A stretch of DNA of 64,000 nucleotides from Octopus vulgaris (GCA_951406725.2 OX597841.1:17112001-17176000); one strand, 5' to 3'; numbered from the stretch's first letter, positions 1-15,504 are shown. The notes: generated by a model from the sequence alone, not told the origin. Numbers and translations: made by a program.

Positions 1-295
1 GATAAGACCATTTTATTTCTCAAGCAAAATTTAGGCGTTTTGCACTCTAGCCATCGTGACATTAATTTGACGAAATCTGCCCCAAAGCGTAAAATTCCGC
101 CATTTTACTCTCATGCACAAACGTGACAACGACACGGGTTCGCTACCAGAATCTGCTAATTTTTTCGTCAAATTGGTCCTATATGTTAATATGGATATTC
201 ATTTTTTGAAAAATGCCGAAATTTGACGAAAAATGTTTCATGGCTATAAACAGACATCTTATTAACGGTGATTTATTACCGGGTACCTTAGCTAG
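1..295 (+). mobile_element. 3' end of a non-autonomous Helitron-like element
   Basis: Subterminal hairpin cggtgat..attaccg, then terminal CTAG (292-295) followed by T. Confidence 0.5.
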
Positions 296-305
296 TATAT
301 ATATA

Positions 306-697
306 TAGCTTGCTTACCAACCACATGGTTCCGGGTTCAATCCCACTGCGTGGCATCTTGGGCAAGTGTCTTCTGGTATAGCCCCGGGCCGACCAATGCC
401 TTGTGAGTGGATTTGGTAGACGGAAACTGAAAGAAGCCTGTCGTATATATGTATATATATATATATGTGTGTATGTGTGTGTGTTTGTGTGTATGTGTTT
501 GTCCCCCTAGCATTCCTTGACAGCCGATGCTGGTGTGTTTACGTCCCCGTTACTTAGCGGTTCGGCAAAAGAGACCGATAGAATAAGTACTGGGCTTACA
601 AAGAATAAGTCCCGGGGTCGATTTGCTCGACTAAAAAGACGGTGCTCCAACATGGCCGCAGTCAAATGACTGAAACAAGTAAAAGAGAGTAAAAGAG
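306..697 (+). mobile_element. SINE family A (tRNA-like head, CORE-like segment, internal microsatellite)
   Basis: B-box-like gggttcaatccc, cttgggcaagtgtc segment, 3' end actgaaacaagtaaaagag; many copies in this window. Confidence 0.85.
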
Positions 698-993
698 TAT
701 ATATATATATAAATATAGTAGAAATATGTTACGAAAAGAAGATGTAAAATACACGTGGAAATGTAAGGGTAAAATATGAAAAATCAACGAAAATGCACAA
801 TGCAAATAAAAAAAAGGCTATTTATGACAGGTAAAGACAAATATATACATTTAGATTGACTGAGGTAGTAATACGAGTCATAAAAGTCATTATTATGAGA
901 TGATTATAAGATGATAATAAAGTAAGAGGACAAAACGAACCATGGTTTACGCAAAGCTATTCATCGTTTGAAAAACACCGGTTAATAGGTTAA

Positions 994-1026
<33 letters not shown>

Positions 1027-1184
1027 TCTTTTACTTGTTCCAATTATTTGAGTGCAGCCATGCTGGAGCACCGCCTTAAAGGGATTTTTAACCGAAGAAT
1101 AACCCAGGACTTATTCTTTGTAAACCTAGTACTTACTCCATCGATCTTCCATCAAATTGTCCATGTTACCATACAGTGAGATTG

Positions 1185-1860
1185 TATATGGCTCAGAAAC
1201 CTGGACGTTATCAAAGAAGCTTGAGAGGCGGTTGGATGGAACCTACACTCGCCTCCTTATGAGAGCTCAAAATCTCTCGTGGAAGCGTCATCCAACCAAA
1301 ATGCAAATATATGGGAAATTACCACCTGTGTCATCTCTTGCGAAGGGTAGGAGAGTCCAGTTTGCTGGACATTGTTGTAGAGCTGAAAACGAGGTAATTT
1401 CTACTCTTCTCCTCTGGAAGCCATCTGCTCGTGATACCAGTTGAACCAATTCTACTCTATGGCTCAGAAACCTGGACGTTATCAAAGAAGCTTGAGAGGC
1501 GGTTGGATGGAACCTATACTCGCCTCCTTATGAGAGCTCAAAATCTCCCGTGGAAGCATCATCCAACCAAAATGCAAATATATGGGAAACTACCACCTGT
1601 GTCATCTTTTGTGAAAGGTAGGAGAGTCCAGTTTGCTGGACATTGTTGTAGAGCTGAAAACGAGGTAATTTCTACTCTTCTCCTCTGGAAGCCATCTACT
1701 CGCAATACCAGAGGGCGCACACTCTCCTACCCTGATGTAATCTCCATGGATACAGGCATCCAGCAACAGGACCTCCGTAATGCGATGATGGACCGTGAAG
1801 TCTGGCGTAGCATGGTAAATTCCATTGTCTCGACCACGGTCGAACAATGATGATGATGAT
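1185..1860 (+). mobile_element. 5'-truncated RTE-type LINE, ORF C-terminus with internal duplication
   Basis: LLYGSETWTL...RRVQFAGHC...AMMDREVWR then stop and (TGA)n tail; about 250 bp present twice (1185-1436 and 1458-1710); tgagattg on both flanks is a probable TSD. Confidence 0.85.
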
Positions 1861-3100
1861 GAGATTGAACCCGTGTTTGCTATGTGAATTGCGATCATAT
1901 ATTCGGTCGTACTGCACTTATATAGAAAATTACATCTGCATAACATGCTGCGCAGCGGAATCGAACGAGGAACTCGGGGTTAGAAACTGAACATTTGAAA
2001 CCATTCTAGTAAATCCCATTTATACAAAATGTCAATTGTCCGAAGTAAAACGCAGTGGAATCGATCTCTTGCCCTCGTGGTTGCGATGTGAGGTTCTTGG
2101 CCAATCGACCATACTGCGCCTGTTTATAAAATCGCATTTACACAGAATGCCACGCAGCGGAATCGAACACGAGACACGTGGATGTACGCTGGACATCTTA
2201 AACGATTCACTAAAGTGCATTTTAGAGAATAGTAGTTGGCCAAGTTAAAACGCAGCGGAATCGAACGCAAAACCTCGCCGTTGCTATGTGGACATCTTCA
2301 TCAATCTGCCATGTGGAAGCACTCCGTCGGTTACGACGACGAGGGTTCCGGTTGATCCGATAAACGGAACAGCCTGCTCGTGAAATTAAAGTGTAAGTGG
2401 CTGAGCACTCCACAGACACGTTCACCCTTAACGTAGTTCTCGGGGATATTCAGCGTGACACAGAGAGTGACAAGGCCGGTCCTTTGAAATACAGGTACAA
2501 CAGAAACAGGAAGTAAGAGTGAGAGAAAGGTGTGGTGAAAGAGTACAGCAGGGATCACTACCATTCCCTGCCGGAGCCTCGGATGGAAGCACTCCGTCGG
2601 TTCCGACGACGAGAGTTCCGGTTGATCCGAATCAACGGAACAGCCTGCTCGTGAAATTAACGTGTAAGTGGCTGAGCACTCCACAGACACGTGTACCCTT
2701 AACGTAGTTCTCGGGGATATTCAGCGTGACACAGAGAGTGACAAGGCCGGCCCCTTGAAATACAGGTACAACAGAAACAGGAAGTAAGAGTGAGAGAAAG
2801 TTGTGGTGAAAGAGTACAGCAGGGATCACCACCATCCCCTGCCGGAGCCTTGTGGAGCTTTTAGGTGTTTTCGCTCAATAAACACTCACAACGCCCGGTC
2901 TGGGAGTCGAAACCGCGATCTTACGACCGCGAGTCCGCTGCCCTAACCACTGGGCCATTGCGCCTCCACATCAATCTGCCATACTGCGCATACAAATAAC
3001 TAAAAACAAAAAAAAAAAAATTCCTACAAGATGCCGCGCGCTAGAATCGAACGCAGGTCCTCGTGTTTACCAAACGAACGCTTTTAGCCGTTCGGCCACA
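1861..3100 (-). repeat. Degenerate tandem array of tRNA/SINE-head-like units, about 100 bp period
   Basis: cgcagcggaatcgaac-like motif (reverse B-box) at 1951, 2051, 2153, 2251 and about 3038; interrupted by a SINE C insertion. Confidence 0.6.
2313..2968 (-). mobile_element. Dimeric SINE family C insertion
   Basis: tRNA-like head at 2968, body duplicated; 14-bp TSD catcaatctgccat at 2299-2312 and 2969-2982. Confidence 0.9.
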
Positions 3101-3469
3101 CAATGACTATATCACGCAACTCCACCACCACCACCAACTACAACGACAAAGACGACGACAAACTGCTGAACAAATAAGCCGACAGACAATCCGACGGACG
3201 GACAAACAGACCGACAGACGGACAACCCAGCTGTCAATGACCCACGTCGTAACAGCGCGTTATTGATCTGGCTGTCGCGGTTTCAATTCAAACCTAAGAC
3301 AAATGAGTTTTGTTTTATTATTGTTTTTTTTTTTCTGTTTTGTTTTTGGTTTGTCTTTATTATTGTATTTGGAGGAGATTTTTTTATATTTTATATTATT
3401 TTTATTTTTTTTTATTTGTTGTCTCTTGTCTCATCCGTTCCCATCGCTTTTGTCACTGACGTAGTCTTT

Positions 3470-3516
3470 TCTCTCCACCTCTCTCTCTCTCTCTCGCTCT
3501 TTCTCAGTTTCTCTCC

Positions 3517-3552
<36 letters not shown>

Positions 3553-3558
3553 TTCTCA

Positions 3559-3592
<34 letters not shown>

Positions 3593-4729
3593 CTTTCTCA
3601 GTTTCTCTCTATCTCTCTCTCTCTCGCTCTTTCTCAATTTCTCTCTCTCTCTCTCTCTCGCTCTTTCTCAGTTTCTCTCTATCTCTCTCTCTCTCAGTTT
3701 CTCTCTATCTCTCTCTCTCTCTCTCGCTCTTTCTCAATTTCTCTCTTTCTCTCTCTCTCTCGCTCTTTCTCAGTTTCTCTCTCTCTCTCTCTCTCTCTCA
3801 CTATTTCTCAGTTTCTCTCTCTCTCTCTCTCTCTCTCAGTTTCTCTCTATCTCTCTCACACACACGTGTACATGCACATATACATACGAACACTTTCATA
3901 CACTCTTATAAACACTTGTTGATATATGTGTGTGCGTGTATCTGTGTGTGTGTTTATATGTGTGTGCTTCTGTGTGTGTGTGTGCTTCTGTGTGTGTGTG
4001 CTTCTGTGTGTGTGTGCTTCTGTGTGTGTATATATGTGTGTGCGTGTCTCTGTGTTTGTGTATGTGTGTTTTAGTTTGTGCGTATATTATGTGTTAACGT
4101 CTGTGCGTGTGTATATGTGTGTGTGTGAGTATTTGTGTATGTGTGTGTCTGTATTTGTGTTTCAGTTCGTGCGTATATGTGTGTATGTATCCCTATATAT
4201 GTGTGTGTCTGTTTATATGTGTGTGTGTGTCTGTGTGTGTTTTTATATATGTGTGTGTGTGTGTGTATGTATCTGCCCACCTACACATTATACGCACACG
4301 CATAAACACATACATACACGCACACACAAACGGGAGCACACATATACACACGGACACAAACATGTACAAACACACACACACCCACACACGCACGCATGAA
4401 CGTACACACATATATAGGAATACATACACACTCATACACAAACACATGCAAACATACAAACTAATACACACACACACATACACAGGTACACACAAATACA
4501 AATACACAGACACTCACATATATATGTATATATATATATATACACACACAACATATGCATACATGTATGTACACCATATATACTTACGCTCTCTCACACA
4601 CACATTAGCACATACATACACACACAAACACACACATACGCAGATACAGACATTCGCGCACATACACACACACAAGCACACTACACATGCATATATATGT
4701 GTACACCATATTCACTTACGCTCACACAC

Positions 4730-4763
<34 letters not shown>

Positions 4764-5166
4764 CGAAACACATATACACACACAGAAGCACACACACACA
4801 CACAGACACACATATATACACACACAGAAGCACACACACACACACACACACACACAGAAGCACACACAGAGACACATATATATACACACACACTCACACA
4901 CACACAATAGCACACACAAAGTGACACACATATATACACACACAGAGACACACATATATACACACACAGAAGCACACACACAGGCACACATATATACACA
5001 CACAGAAGCACACACACACACACATATATATATACACACACACAGAAGCACACACATATATATAAACACACAGACACACATATACACACACAGAAGCACA
5101 CACACTCACACACATACAATAGCACACAGATACACACATATACACACAGAGAAGCACACACAATAG

Positions 5167-5200
<34 letters not shown>

Positions 5201-5476
5201 AGCACACATACACACACACACAATAGCACACACACAGAGACACACATATATACACACACAGAAGCTCACACACACACAGTAGCACACACACAGAGAAACA
5301 CACACACAGAGACACACATATATACACACACAGAAGCACACACTCACACACACAATAGCACACACACAGAGACACACATATATGCACACACAGAAGCACA
5401 CACACACTCACGCACACACACACACAGACACACACACATATACACACACAGACACACATATATACACACACAGAAG

Positions 5477-5509
<33 letters not shown>

Positions 5510-5529
5510 ACATATATACACACACAGAA

Positions 5530-5568
<39 letters not shown>

Positions 5569-5614
5569 GAAGCACATACACACACACAGAGACACACATA
5601 TATACACACACAGA

Positions 5615-5652
<38 letters not shown>
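3470..5652. repeat. Compound (CT)n/(GT)n/(CA)n microsatellite field
   Basis: Visible dinucleotide runs with recurring cacagaagcacac units. Confidence 0.95.
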
Positions 5653-5653
<1 letters not shown>

Positions 5654-6176
5654 TGTTCTCTCTTTTAAATTTCTTCCCTTCTGTCTTCCTTTCATTGCTT
5701 CTCTCCTTCTTCCCCCTCCTTCCCCTCCTTCTCTCCACCTCTCCTTCTTTCCTCTCCTTCTTCTCCTTTTCCTTCCTTCCTTGCCTCCTTCCTCGCTTTC
5801 TCCCTTTGTGTTCCAAAGCGAAGATTTCCGAAATCTCTTTGTTCAGCCAACTTCCATACCAGAGGGGAAAAAAAAAAAAAACAGAAAAGAGACATTTTCC
5901 CAGCTTTGCTGCTTCTTCTTCTTCTTCTTCTTCTTATTGTCGCCATAGCCGCTGCTGCTGTTGTTGTTGTTGTTATTGCTGTTGGTGGTGGTGGTGGCGC
6001 TGTTGTTGTCACCTACATTATTGTTGTTGTATTTGTGGTGGTTGTTTATTGAGCGCCGTCTTTGATGATTGTTGATGTTACTGTTCTTATTTATTTTTGC
6101 TGTTGTCGTTGTTTGTTGTTGTTGCTGTTGTTGTTGTTGTTGCTGTAGGTGGTGGTGGTGGTGGTGGTGTTATACT

Positions 6177-6207
<31 letters not shown>

Positions 6208-6924
6208 CCGTCATCGTTGTCGTCGTCGTCAACTCCGTTTCTCTTATAGATGTGCTGCTGCCGCCACTCTTGTTCTCTCCTCCTGCTGCTGCCACTGCGA
6301 CTAACAATTATTGTTGTTGTTGTTGTTGCTTATAAGCTGCTGCTGCTGTTGTTGTTGTTGTTGCTGCTGCTATTCTTTGATGCTTGTGTTGGTTGCAGTT
6401 GCATTATCTCTTTGTTGTTGCTGTTGCTGTTTACCGTTGTTGATTATTAGCTTTTGTTGTTGTTGTTGTTGTCGGTGATGAGGTTTGCAACTTCTTTGTG
6501 CTTCTTTTGTACTGTTTTGGCTGTTGCTGCTGCTGCTACTGCTGCTGCTGTTGTTTAGCTTTTGTTGATTAACCCGCACGTCTTCCCGAGTAAGGGCAAA
6601 TGCCTGGTCAAAGACGTTCCACTTATGACCATCCTTTCTTTTATGGACACACAATGCACCTTGGACTACGCTACCTAGCGTACCTTTCTCTGCTATGGCT
6701 GTTTAGCCCATGGTCAGTCATAATTAAAGATGCTCTGAGACTAATCTGTCGTTTATTTAACCATAGGGTATCTAGGACTACATTTTGCAATGTGTTCCTC
6801 GTTGTTGCCCCAGGTCTTCTCGTCCAGCAGACCTATGATCATAGACGTTCCAGCCGTGACTTTCCTGTCATTTCTTCAAGCACTGCATTTAGTCCAGTCT
6901 TTTTTCTTTTCTTTTATTTATTTT

Positions 6925-7635
<711 letters not shown>

Positions 7636-8469
7636 ATATGATTGCAGTCAAATGACAGAAAACAAGTGAATAAACCCAAGGTTAAAAAGCCTATAGTTAT
7701 ACGTTTTACGGATGAAAGGAGGAACCGAGAGTAAGGTTCGACGCTTCGTACATATGCCCCGTGACAGGAAAGAGCAAAACAGAATGAACGAATAATTACT
7801 GGATGGATGGATGGATGGATGGATGGAGGAATAAAACGAAGATGGGAAGACAGAAGAAAATAACTATTCTTTAAAAAAGGAGCAAAAAGAAAAACAAAGA
7901 TGGCGTACGTTGTTGATAGCTGACATCGTGGATACCCGATTTTTAATTCTCGTAGCTTCATTGTGTTATTCTAAGATACTAAAACCTGCGTGAAAAACAA
8001 TCAATGGACCGAGTAAATATGGAAGGGAAAAATAATAAAATTTAATATTTTGATGGCTGGCTGCTTAGTGGAATATTAATGGTAAGCTATTAATATTAAT
8101 AGCTATTTTTTTTTTTAAATATTTAATATGGGTTTTATTTTTAAATAATTATTCGGGAATTGAATTCCGTTTGACCAGGCTTCGTTGTGTTTTTCTAAGA
8201 TACAAAAGAAAAAGAACACACGCACGAGTTAAAGTTACATACGATACGATCAAGTAAGCAAACATACGAGGTAAAATCGAGGCACTTCGTTTTTGATTTT
8301 TGATTTTTTTTTTTTGCTGATTATTTGTTTTGTTGTTTTTGTTTTTTTTGACGTTTGGATGTCGCGGGTGTATAATTTTGTTATATATATTCAAGTGGCT
8401 GGATGTGTGGATAGTTTAAATGAAAAGTGGGGTGGGTGTATATTTTAAACACATATATTGGTGGCTGTG

Positions 8470-9200
8470 GTGCTGTCGGTTGTGACGGTGGTGGTGGTGG
8501 TGGTGGTGGTGGTGGTGGTGGTGGTGGTTGCGGCGGCGGCGGCAGCGAAAGTGATAATGGTGATAGTGATGCTGCTGATGATAGTGGTGGTCGTCATTGT
8601 GGTGGTGGTGGTGGTGGTGGCGGTGGTGGCGGCAGCGAAAGTGATAATGGTGATAGTGATGCTGCTGATGATGATAGTGGTGGTCGTCGTTGTGGTGGTG
8701 GTGGTGGTGGTGGTGGCGGTGGTGGCGGCAGCGAAAGTGATAATGGTGATAGTGATGCTGCTGATGATGATAGTGGTGGTCGTCGTTGTGGTGGTGGTGG
8801 TGGTGGTGGTGGTGGTGGCGGTGGTGGCGGCAGCGAAAGTGATAATGGTGATAGTGATGCTGCTGATGATGATAGTGGTGGTCGTCGTTGTGGTGGTGGT
8901 GGTGGTGGTTGTGATGGTTACGGCAGTGGCTGTGATGGTGGTTGTGATGGTCGTGGTCGTGGTAGTGCTTGCGGTAGTGATGGTGGCGGTAATGGTTGTG
9001 GAGGTGGTGGTTATGATGGTGGTGGTGGTGATGGTTGTGGAGGTGGTGGTGGTGGTGGTGGTGGTGGTGGTGGTGGTGGTGGTGGTGGTGATGGCGGCGG
9101 CGGTGGTGGTGGTGGTGGCTGTGGATCGTGATAGTTATGGATGATAGTGGTGGTGGTGGTTGTGATGGTGGTGGTTGTGATGGTGGTGGTCGTGGTGATG
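8470..9200. repeat. (GGT)n-based minisatellite, four units of about 90-100 bp
   Basis: ggcagcgaaagtgataatggtgatagtgatgctgctgatg occurs four times. Confidence 0.9.
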
Positions 9201-9284
9201 TTGAACAAAGGCAACATCAGAGACGGAGATCATATGACATACAACTTTCAATATATATATGTGTGTGTATGTGTGTGTGTGTGT

Positions 9285-9760
9285 GTATTTCTTTGACATT
9301 CTTCGCGAACCTAATTAGGAGTTGGTAGCTTCGGTAAGTTCCTCTAAGATACCAGTCCAATCTCACAGACAATCCATCAAACGTTCTATAGCATAGAAAC
9401 GGTAAAAATAACATTGGCACCTAATACGTTATTGGTGTTTTCGAAAGACATGCGTATGGTTGATGAGGCGGGCGGGCGACGGTGGCGATGGCGCAGAGGA
9501 AATTGGCGGTTGGGTGCGGCTAAATTAATTCCTTCGATGATTAGTAAGAAAAAATTAAATCGAAAAAGAAAAAAAAGAAAAATTCTGCATTTATCACCCT
9601 TTCTTTGGTTTTCCTCCTCCTCCTCCTACTCCCACTATCAGATTACAAAAACAACCGCTAGGTGGCGTTTTGGTGATATTTATCTTCTCACATTTTGGAC
9701 TCTCTGTTAATTGGTTGTTTGGTGGAAAATTCTGCTGTGATCTTTTAGGAAGTTCCTTAC
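9285..9760. repeat. Unclassified dispersed repeat; inverted copy at about 21880-22346
   Basis: About 270 bp (9285-9560) nearly identical to the reverse complement of 22074-22346, with weaker similarity beyond. Confidence 0.8.
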
Positions 9761-10066
9761 CGAAACAAGGAACACGAAACTCACTTCTGCATTGCGATGA
9801 TAGCTAAAAGTACGTTGCGAACACATGTCTCCAATACACATGACAGGCTTTCTACCATTGGACCAAAGTGTGCGTTTTCGCGTGTGTTTATGTGTATATA
9901 TATTCACATGTGTGGAGGCGCGTGGCTTAGTGGTTAGGGTGGCATCATCATGACTGTAAAATTGTGGTTTCGATTCCTGGAATTTTTCTAGAGAACATTC
10001 TTTTCTTTGTGGCTAGATCGAAGGGGATCTATTTCTAGCATACTGGATGTCCACTTATAAGTTTAC

Positions 10067-10126
<60 letters not shown>

Positions 10127-10555
10127 ATATGTATAAATGCCTGCATGTATGTATAAGTGGATACAGGACGTCACGGAACGTGTACAACAAAGAAAATACG
10201 AAGTACGAGTACGTGGAACATGAACTATTCTTTCGAACAACGAAAGACAGAAATGTAAAACAAAGCAAACAACATAAAGAACAACCCTTCATCAGTTGTT
10301 GGCTGTTTTTCTAGTCTATACACACACACACACACACATACACACACATACACACATATATATATATATATATACATATGTATGTATATGCGTGTGTGGT
10401 GTGTTTCCTTCCTTTTAAGTATATACTCTCTTACTCTTCTATTTGTTTCAATCATTTGACTGCGACCATGCTGGAGCACCGCCTTTAGTCGAACAAATCG
10501 ACCCCAGGTTTTATTCTTTGTGTATTTTATCGGTATGCACACACACACACACACA

Positions 10556-11283
10556 CGTATGTATGTATGTATGTATGTATGTATGTATGTATGTATGTAT
10601 GTATGTATGTATGTATGTATGTATGTATGTATGTATATGTGTGTATGTATATGTGTGTGTGTATGGGTGTATGTATGTGCGTGTGTGTGTATGTATATAT
10701 GTACGTATGTGTGTGTATGTATGTATGTATGTATGTATCTATGTACGCATGTATGTATGTACGTATGTATGTGTGTGTGTATGTGTGTGTGTGTATGTAT
10801 ATATGTACGTATGTGTATGTATGTATGTATGTATGTGTATGTATGTATGTATGTGTGTACCTATGTATATACGTATGTATGTACGTATGTATGTATGTAT
10901 GTGTGTGTGTATGTGTGTGTATGTATATATGTACGTATGTGTGTGTATGTATGTATGTATGTGTGTATGTATGTATGTATGTATGTATGTACGTATATAT
11001 GTATGTACGTATGTATGTATGTGTGTGTGTATGTGTGTGTGTGTATGTATATATGTACGTATGTGTGTGTATGTATGTGTGTATGTATGTATGTATGTAC
11101 GTATGTATGTATGTATGTATGTATGTATGTATGTATGTGTGTACGTATGTATGTATGTACGTATGTATGTACGTATGTATGTATGTATGTGTGTGTGTAT
11201 GTGTATGTGTGTATATATGTACGTATGTGTGTGTATGTATGTATGTATGTATGTCTGTGTGTGTGTGTATGTATGTATGTATT
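10556..11283. repeat. (ATGT)n microsatellite
   Basis: Directly visible. Confidence 0.95.
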
Positions 11284-11651
11284 TGAAAAAAAAATACTGA
11301 ATAAAAATGGCGTTTCTGATAATTTTTTTCCGCTTTGATAATTAGACGTTTATAAGTTATTAAGTGTTTAAACACCTCATATCTAAACAATATCTAATTA
11401 TTAAAGTGGAAAATTTATCAGGAAAACCATTTTTATTCAGTTTTTCAAATATATCATAATACACCAAGGAATTTCAAGACCTTATTCTACTATAAATACT
11501 CACACACATACAGTAATCTCTCGCCGCCATATTGTGCTTCACTTATCGCGGTTCGTTATTCAAGCTTACGTCTATTCCTCTGTGGTGTTGTTATGCATTT
11601 ATAATATAATAAATATACATAAATTATAAAAATAATAAAGAGAACGTATAC

Positions 11652-12150
11652 AGTGGCTGTGTGGTAAGTAGCTTGCTTACCAACCATATGGTTCTGCGTT
11701 CAGTCCCACTGCGTAGCACCTCGGGCAAGTGTCTTCTACTCTCTTTGCTCTTTTACTCTTTTACTTGTTTCAGTCATTTGACTGCGGCCATGCTGGAGCA
11801 CCTCCTTTTAGTCGAGCAAATCGACCCCGGGACTTATTCTTTGTAAGCCCAGTACTTATTCTATCGGTCTCTTTTGCCGAACCGCTAAGTGACGGGGACG
11901 TAAACACACCAGAATCGGTTGTCAAGCAATGCTAGGGGGACAAACACAGACACACAAACACATGCACATATATATATATACATATATACGACAGGCTTCT
12001 TTCAGTTTCCGTCTACCAAATCCACTCACAAGGCATTGGTCGGCCCGGGGCTATAGCAGAAGACACTTGCCCAAGATGCCACCCAGTGGGACTGAACCCG
12101 GAACCATGTGGTTGGTTAGCAAGCTACTTACCACACAGCCACTCCTACTA
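11652..12150. mobile_element. SINE A head (+, 11652-11740) abutting a full SINE A (-, 11748-12150)
   Basis: Both match family A, in opposite orientations. Confidence 0.85.
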
Positions 12151-12409
12151 TATATATATATATATATATATATAGGAAATGAATCTTACGATTCTAATCC
12201 AGAAACGTATGTTCATAATTAACCGAGGACTGTGTGATTTCATTATTTTTCTTTTTTTTTTTTGCCATATGTGAGTTACAAATATTGTTGCCTGTGGAGA
12301 CTTATTTTTGTAGTAAAAGGAAATAGTAGTCTTTTGGCAGCTATTTCTAAAATTTTCGGTATGTGGTTAAGCAACTTGTTGAAAAAAAAATCCCTTATTA
12401 TTATAATTA

Positions 12410-12475
<66 letters not shown>

Positions 12476-12534
12476 ACATATATATTATATATATATATAT
12501 ATATATGATATATATATATATATATATATATATG

Positions 12535-12565
<31 letters not shown>

Positions 12566-12616
12566 ATATATATATATATATATATATATGATATATATAT
12601 TATATATATATATATG

Positions 12617-12675
<59 letters not shown>

Positions 12676-12790
12676 ATATATATATTATATATATATGATA
12701 TATATATATTATATATATATATATGATATATATATATTATATATATATATATATGATATATATATGATATATATATTATATATATATATG

Positions 12791-12852
<62 letters not shown>

Positions 12853-13129
12853 ATATATATAATATATATATATCATATATATATATATATATATATATAT
12901 TATTTACATTTGACGGATTTTTTCCTCATCTTGTTTGTTGTTAACACAACATTTTGGCTGATATACCCTCCAGCTTTCTTGGGGAAATTTCGAATCTGGG
13001 TTCTCATTCCTAAGATATTTTTTCAATGTTGTTGTTCTTGTTATTATTATCATTATCATTATTATTATTCAGGTCACTGCCTGGAATCGAACTTGGAATC
13101 TTGGGATTAGTAGCTCCCCCCCCCCACCA

Positions 13130-14098
13130 GCTTCGCTTGACAACAGATGCTGGTGAGTTTAAGTCCCTGTAACGTAGCGGTTTGGCAAAAAAAAAAAGAT
13201 GAAAATAGAATAAGTACTAGGCTTACAAAGAATAAGTCCTGCGGTCGATTTGCTCGACTAAAGGCGGTGCTCCAGCATGGCCGCAGTCAAATGACTGAAA
13301 CGCTTGACAACCGATGTTGGTGTGTATACGTCTCCGTAACTTAGCAGTTCGGCAAAACAAACCGATAGAATAAGTACTAGGCTTACAAAGAATAAGTCCT
13401 GGAGTCGATTTGCTCGACTAAAGGCAGTGCTCCTGCATGGCCGCAGTCAGATGGCTAAAACAAAGAGTACATTACTGTTTGTGCTTTAAGGATTTTCAAT
13501 TATCGAACACGAATAACGGGTATAGAAACCGTTATAACACTCAGTACTTAAGACAATGCTTTTACTACCCGGATGACCTTTGCGATTTTTGTCAATTTAA
13601 GGATCTCATAACTCGTCACAAACATTCGTGACATATCCTCAATTAGAGAATAACACCAATTTATTCCACCAAGCGGTGGGAAATCATCCTTATTAGATAC
13701 TTGATTTCTTTTAAACCTTTGAACACGAAAACCGCATTTATCTGCTCAGAATTGTTATCACCGTAGAACGACCGAAAGGGTTTAAAGAAACTTTTCCTCA
13801 TCCTACGATTACCAAAGACATCCCCAGTGACGAATACTTCAATAGATTATTTTTTCAGATTTTCTAAAAAATTTTCGGGTCATTTACTCTTTTACTTGTT
13901 TCAGTCATTTGACTGCGGCCATGCTGGAGCACCGCCTTTAATCGAGCAACTCAACCCCGAGACTTATTATTTGTAAGCCCAGTACTTATTCTATCGGATC
14001 TCTTGCCGAACCACTAAGTGACGGAGACATAAACACACCAACATCGGTTGTCAAGCAATGCTTGGGGGACAAACACAGACACACAAACATACACGCAC

Positions 14099-14131
<33 letters not shown>

Positions 14132-14250
14132 TACGACGGGCTACTTTCAGTTTCCGTCTACCAAACCCACTCACAAGGCATTGGTCGGCCCGAGGCTATA
14201 GCAAAAGACACTTGCCCAAGATGCCACGCTGTGGGATTGAACCTAGGACC
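13130..14250. mobile_element. Two tandem SINE A 3' halves (+, 13130-13468) and a SINE A (-, 13885-14250)
   Basis: Matches to other family A copies in the window. Confidence 0.8.
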
Positions 14251-14430
14251 ATAATAATTCTTTACAGAACAGGAACCAAATACTTTTAATGATGGATATG
14301 AAAACCGTATCTACTGGAGATGCTGAAAAAAAGTATTGCAAAAGAAAATAATTCACTTATTCTAATTAAATGTTCTAAATGACCTGAGATGCCTTGACTT
14401 CACTTGGGTTTGTTTTCCTTCTCATTTAAT

Positions 14431-14496
<66 letters not shown>

Positions 14497-14866
14497 CTTG
14501 GATATGTTTCGACCAAAGATTGGTCCAGGCCATGTCTAACTTAATAGCCCCTATATATATATATATGTAAAATTATAAAATATCAGTTGTAATTTTGGTG
14601 GATAATTAATATCCTTAATGGAACGACCGTGAAATTTTATTACGCAATGAAAGGGTTTAAGTTTTCCGCTGAAAGGAAGGAATTGAACAAGAATCAATGT
14701 TTCGTACAAATGTCGTTTAAATGAAAAGGAGAGAAAAAAGGAAAGATAAAGAAAAATTATCCTTTTAATAGAAAGAATGAAAAAAAAATATCGCGTGGAG
14801 CTGTTGATAGCTGAGAACATGGACAACGTCATTTTATGTTTCTGGCTACAGTATATTTAAGTCACG

Positions 14867-15504
14867 TGGAGGCGCAATGGCCCAGTGGTTAGGGCAGCGG
14901 ACTCGCGGTCATAGGATCGCGGTTTCGATTCCCAGACCGGGCGTTGTGAGTGTTTATTGAGCGAAAACACCTAAAAAGCTCCACGAGGCTCCGGCAGGGA
15001 TGGTGGTGATCCCTGCTGTACTCTTTCACCACAACTTTCTCTCACTCTTACTTCCTGTTTCTGTTGTACCTGTATTTCAAGGGGGCGGCCTTGAATATCC
15101 CCGAGAACTACGTTAAGGGTACATGTGTCTGTGGAGTGCTCAGCCACTTACACGTTAATTTCACGAGCAGGCTGTTCCGTTGATTCAGATCAACCGGAAC
15201 TCTCGTCGTCGGAACCGACAGAGTGCTTCCATCCGAGGCTCCGGCAGGGGATGGTGGTGATCCCTGCTGTACTCTTTCACCACAACTTTCTCTCACTCTT
15301 ACTTCCTGTTTCTGTTGTACCTGTATTAAAAAGGGCCGGCCTTGTCACTCTCTGTGTCACGCTGAATATCCCCCGAGAACTATGTTAAGGGTACATGTGT
15401 CTGTGGAGTGCTCAGCCATTTACACGTTAATTTCACGAGCAGGCTGTTCCGTTGATTCGGATCAACCGGAACCCTCGTCGTCGGAACCGACGGAGTGCTT
15501 CCAC
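14867..15504 (+). mobile_element. Dimeric SINE family C insertion
   Basis: 14-bp TSD atatttaagtcacg at 14853-14866 and 15505-15518; same internal junction as 2313-2968. Confidence 0.9.

Noticed and set aside
6654-6718. Signal-peptide-like MHLGLRYLAYLSLLWLFSP with a gtcagt donor as CARP exon 1
   Set aside because: Phase 2; joining to the 58889 exon creates TGA.
8427-9131. 234-aa Gly/Asp/Cys-rich ORF resembling a structural protein
   Set aside because: GTG start, no signal peptide, built from (GGT)n, and a second frame is equally open; explained as a minisatellite.
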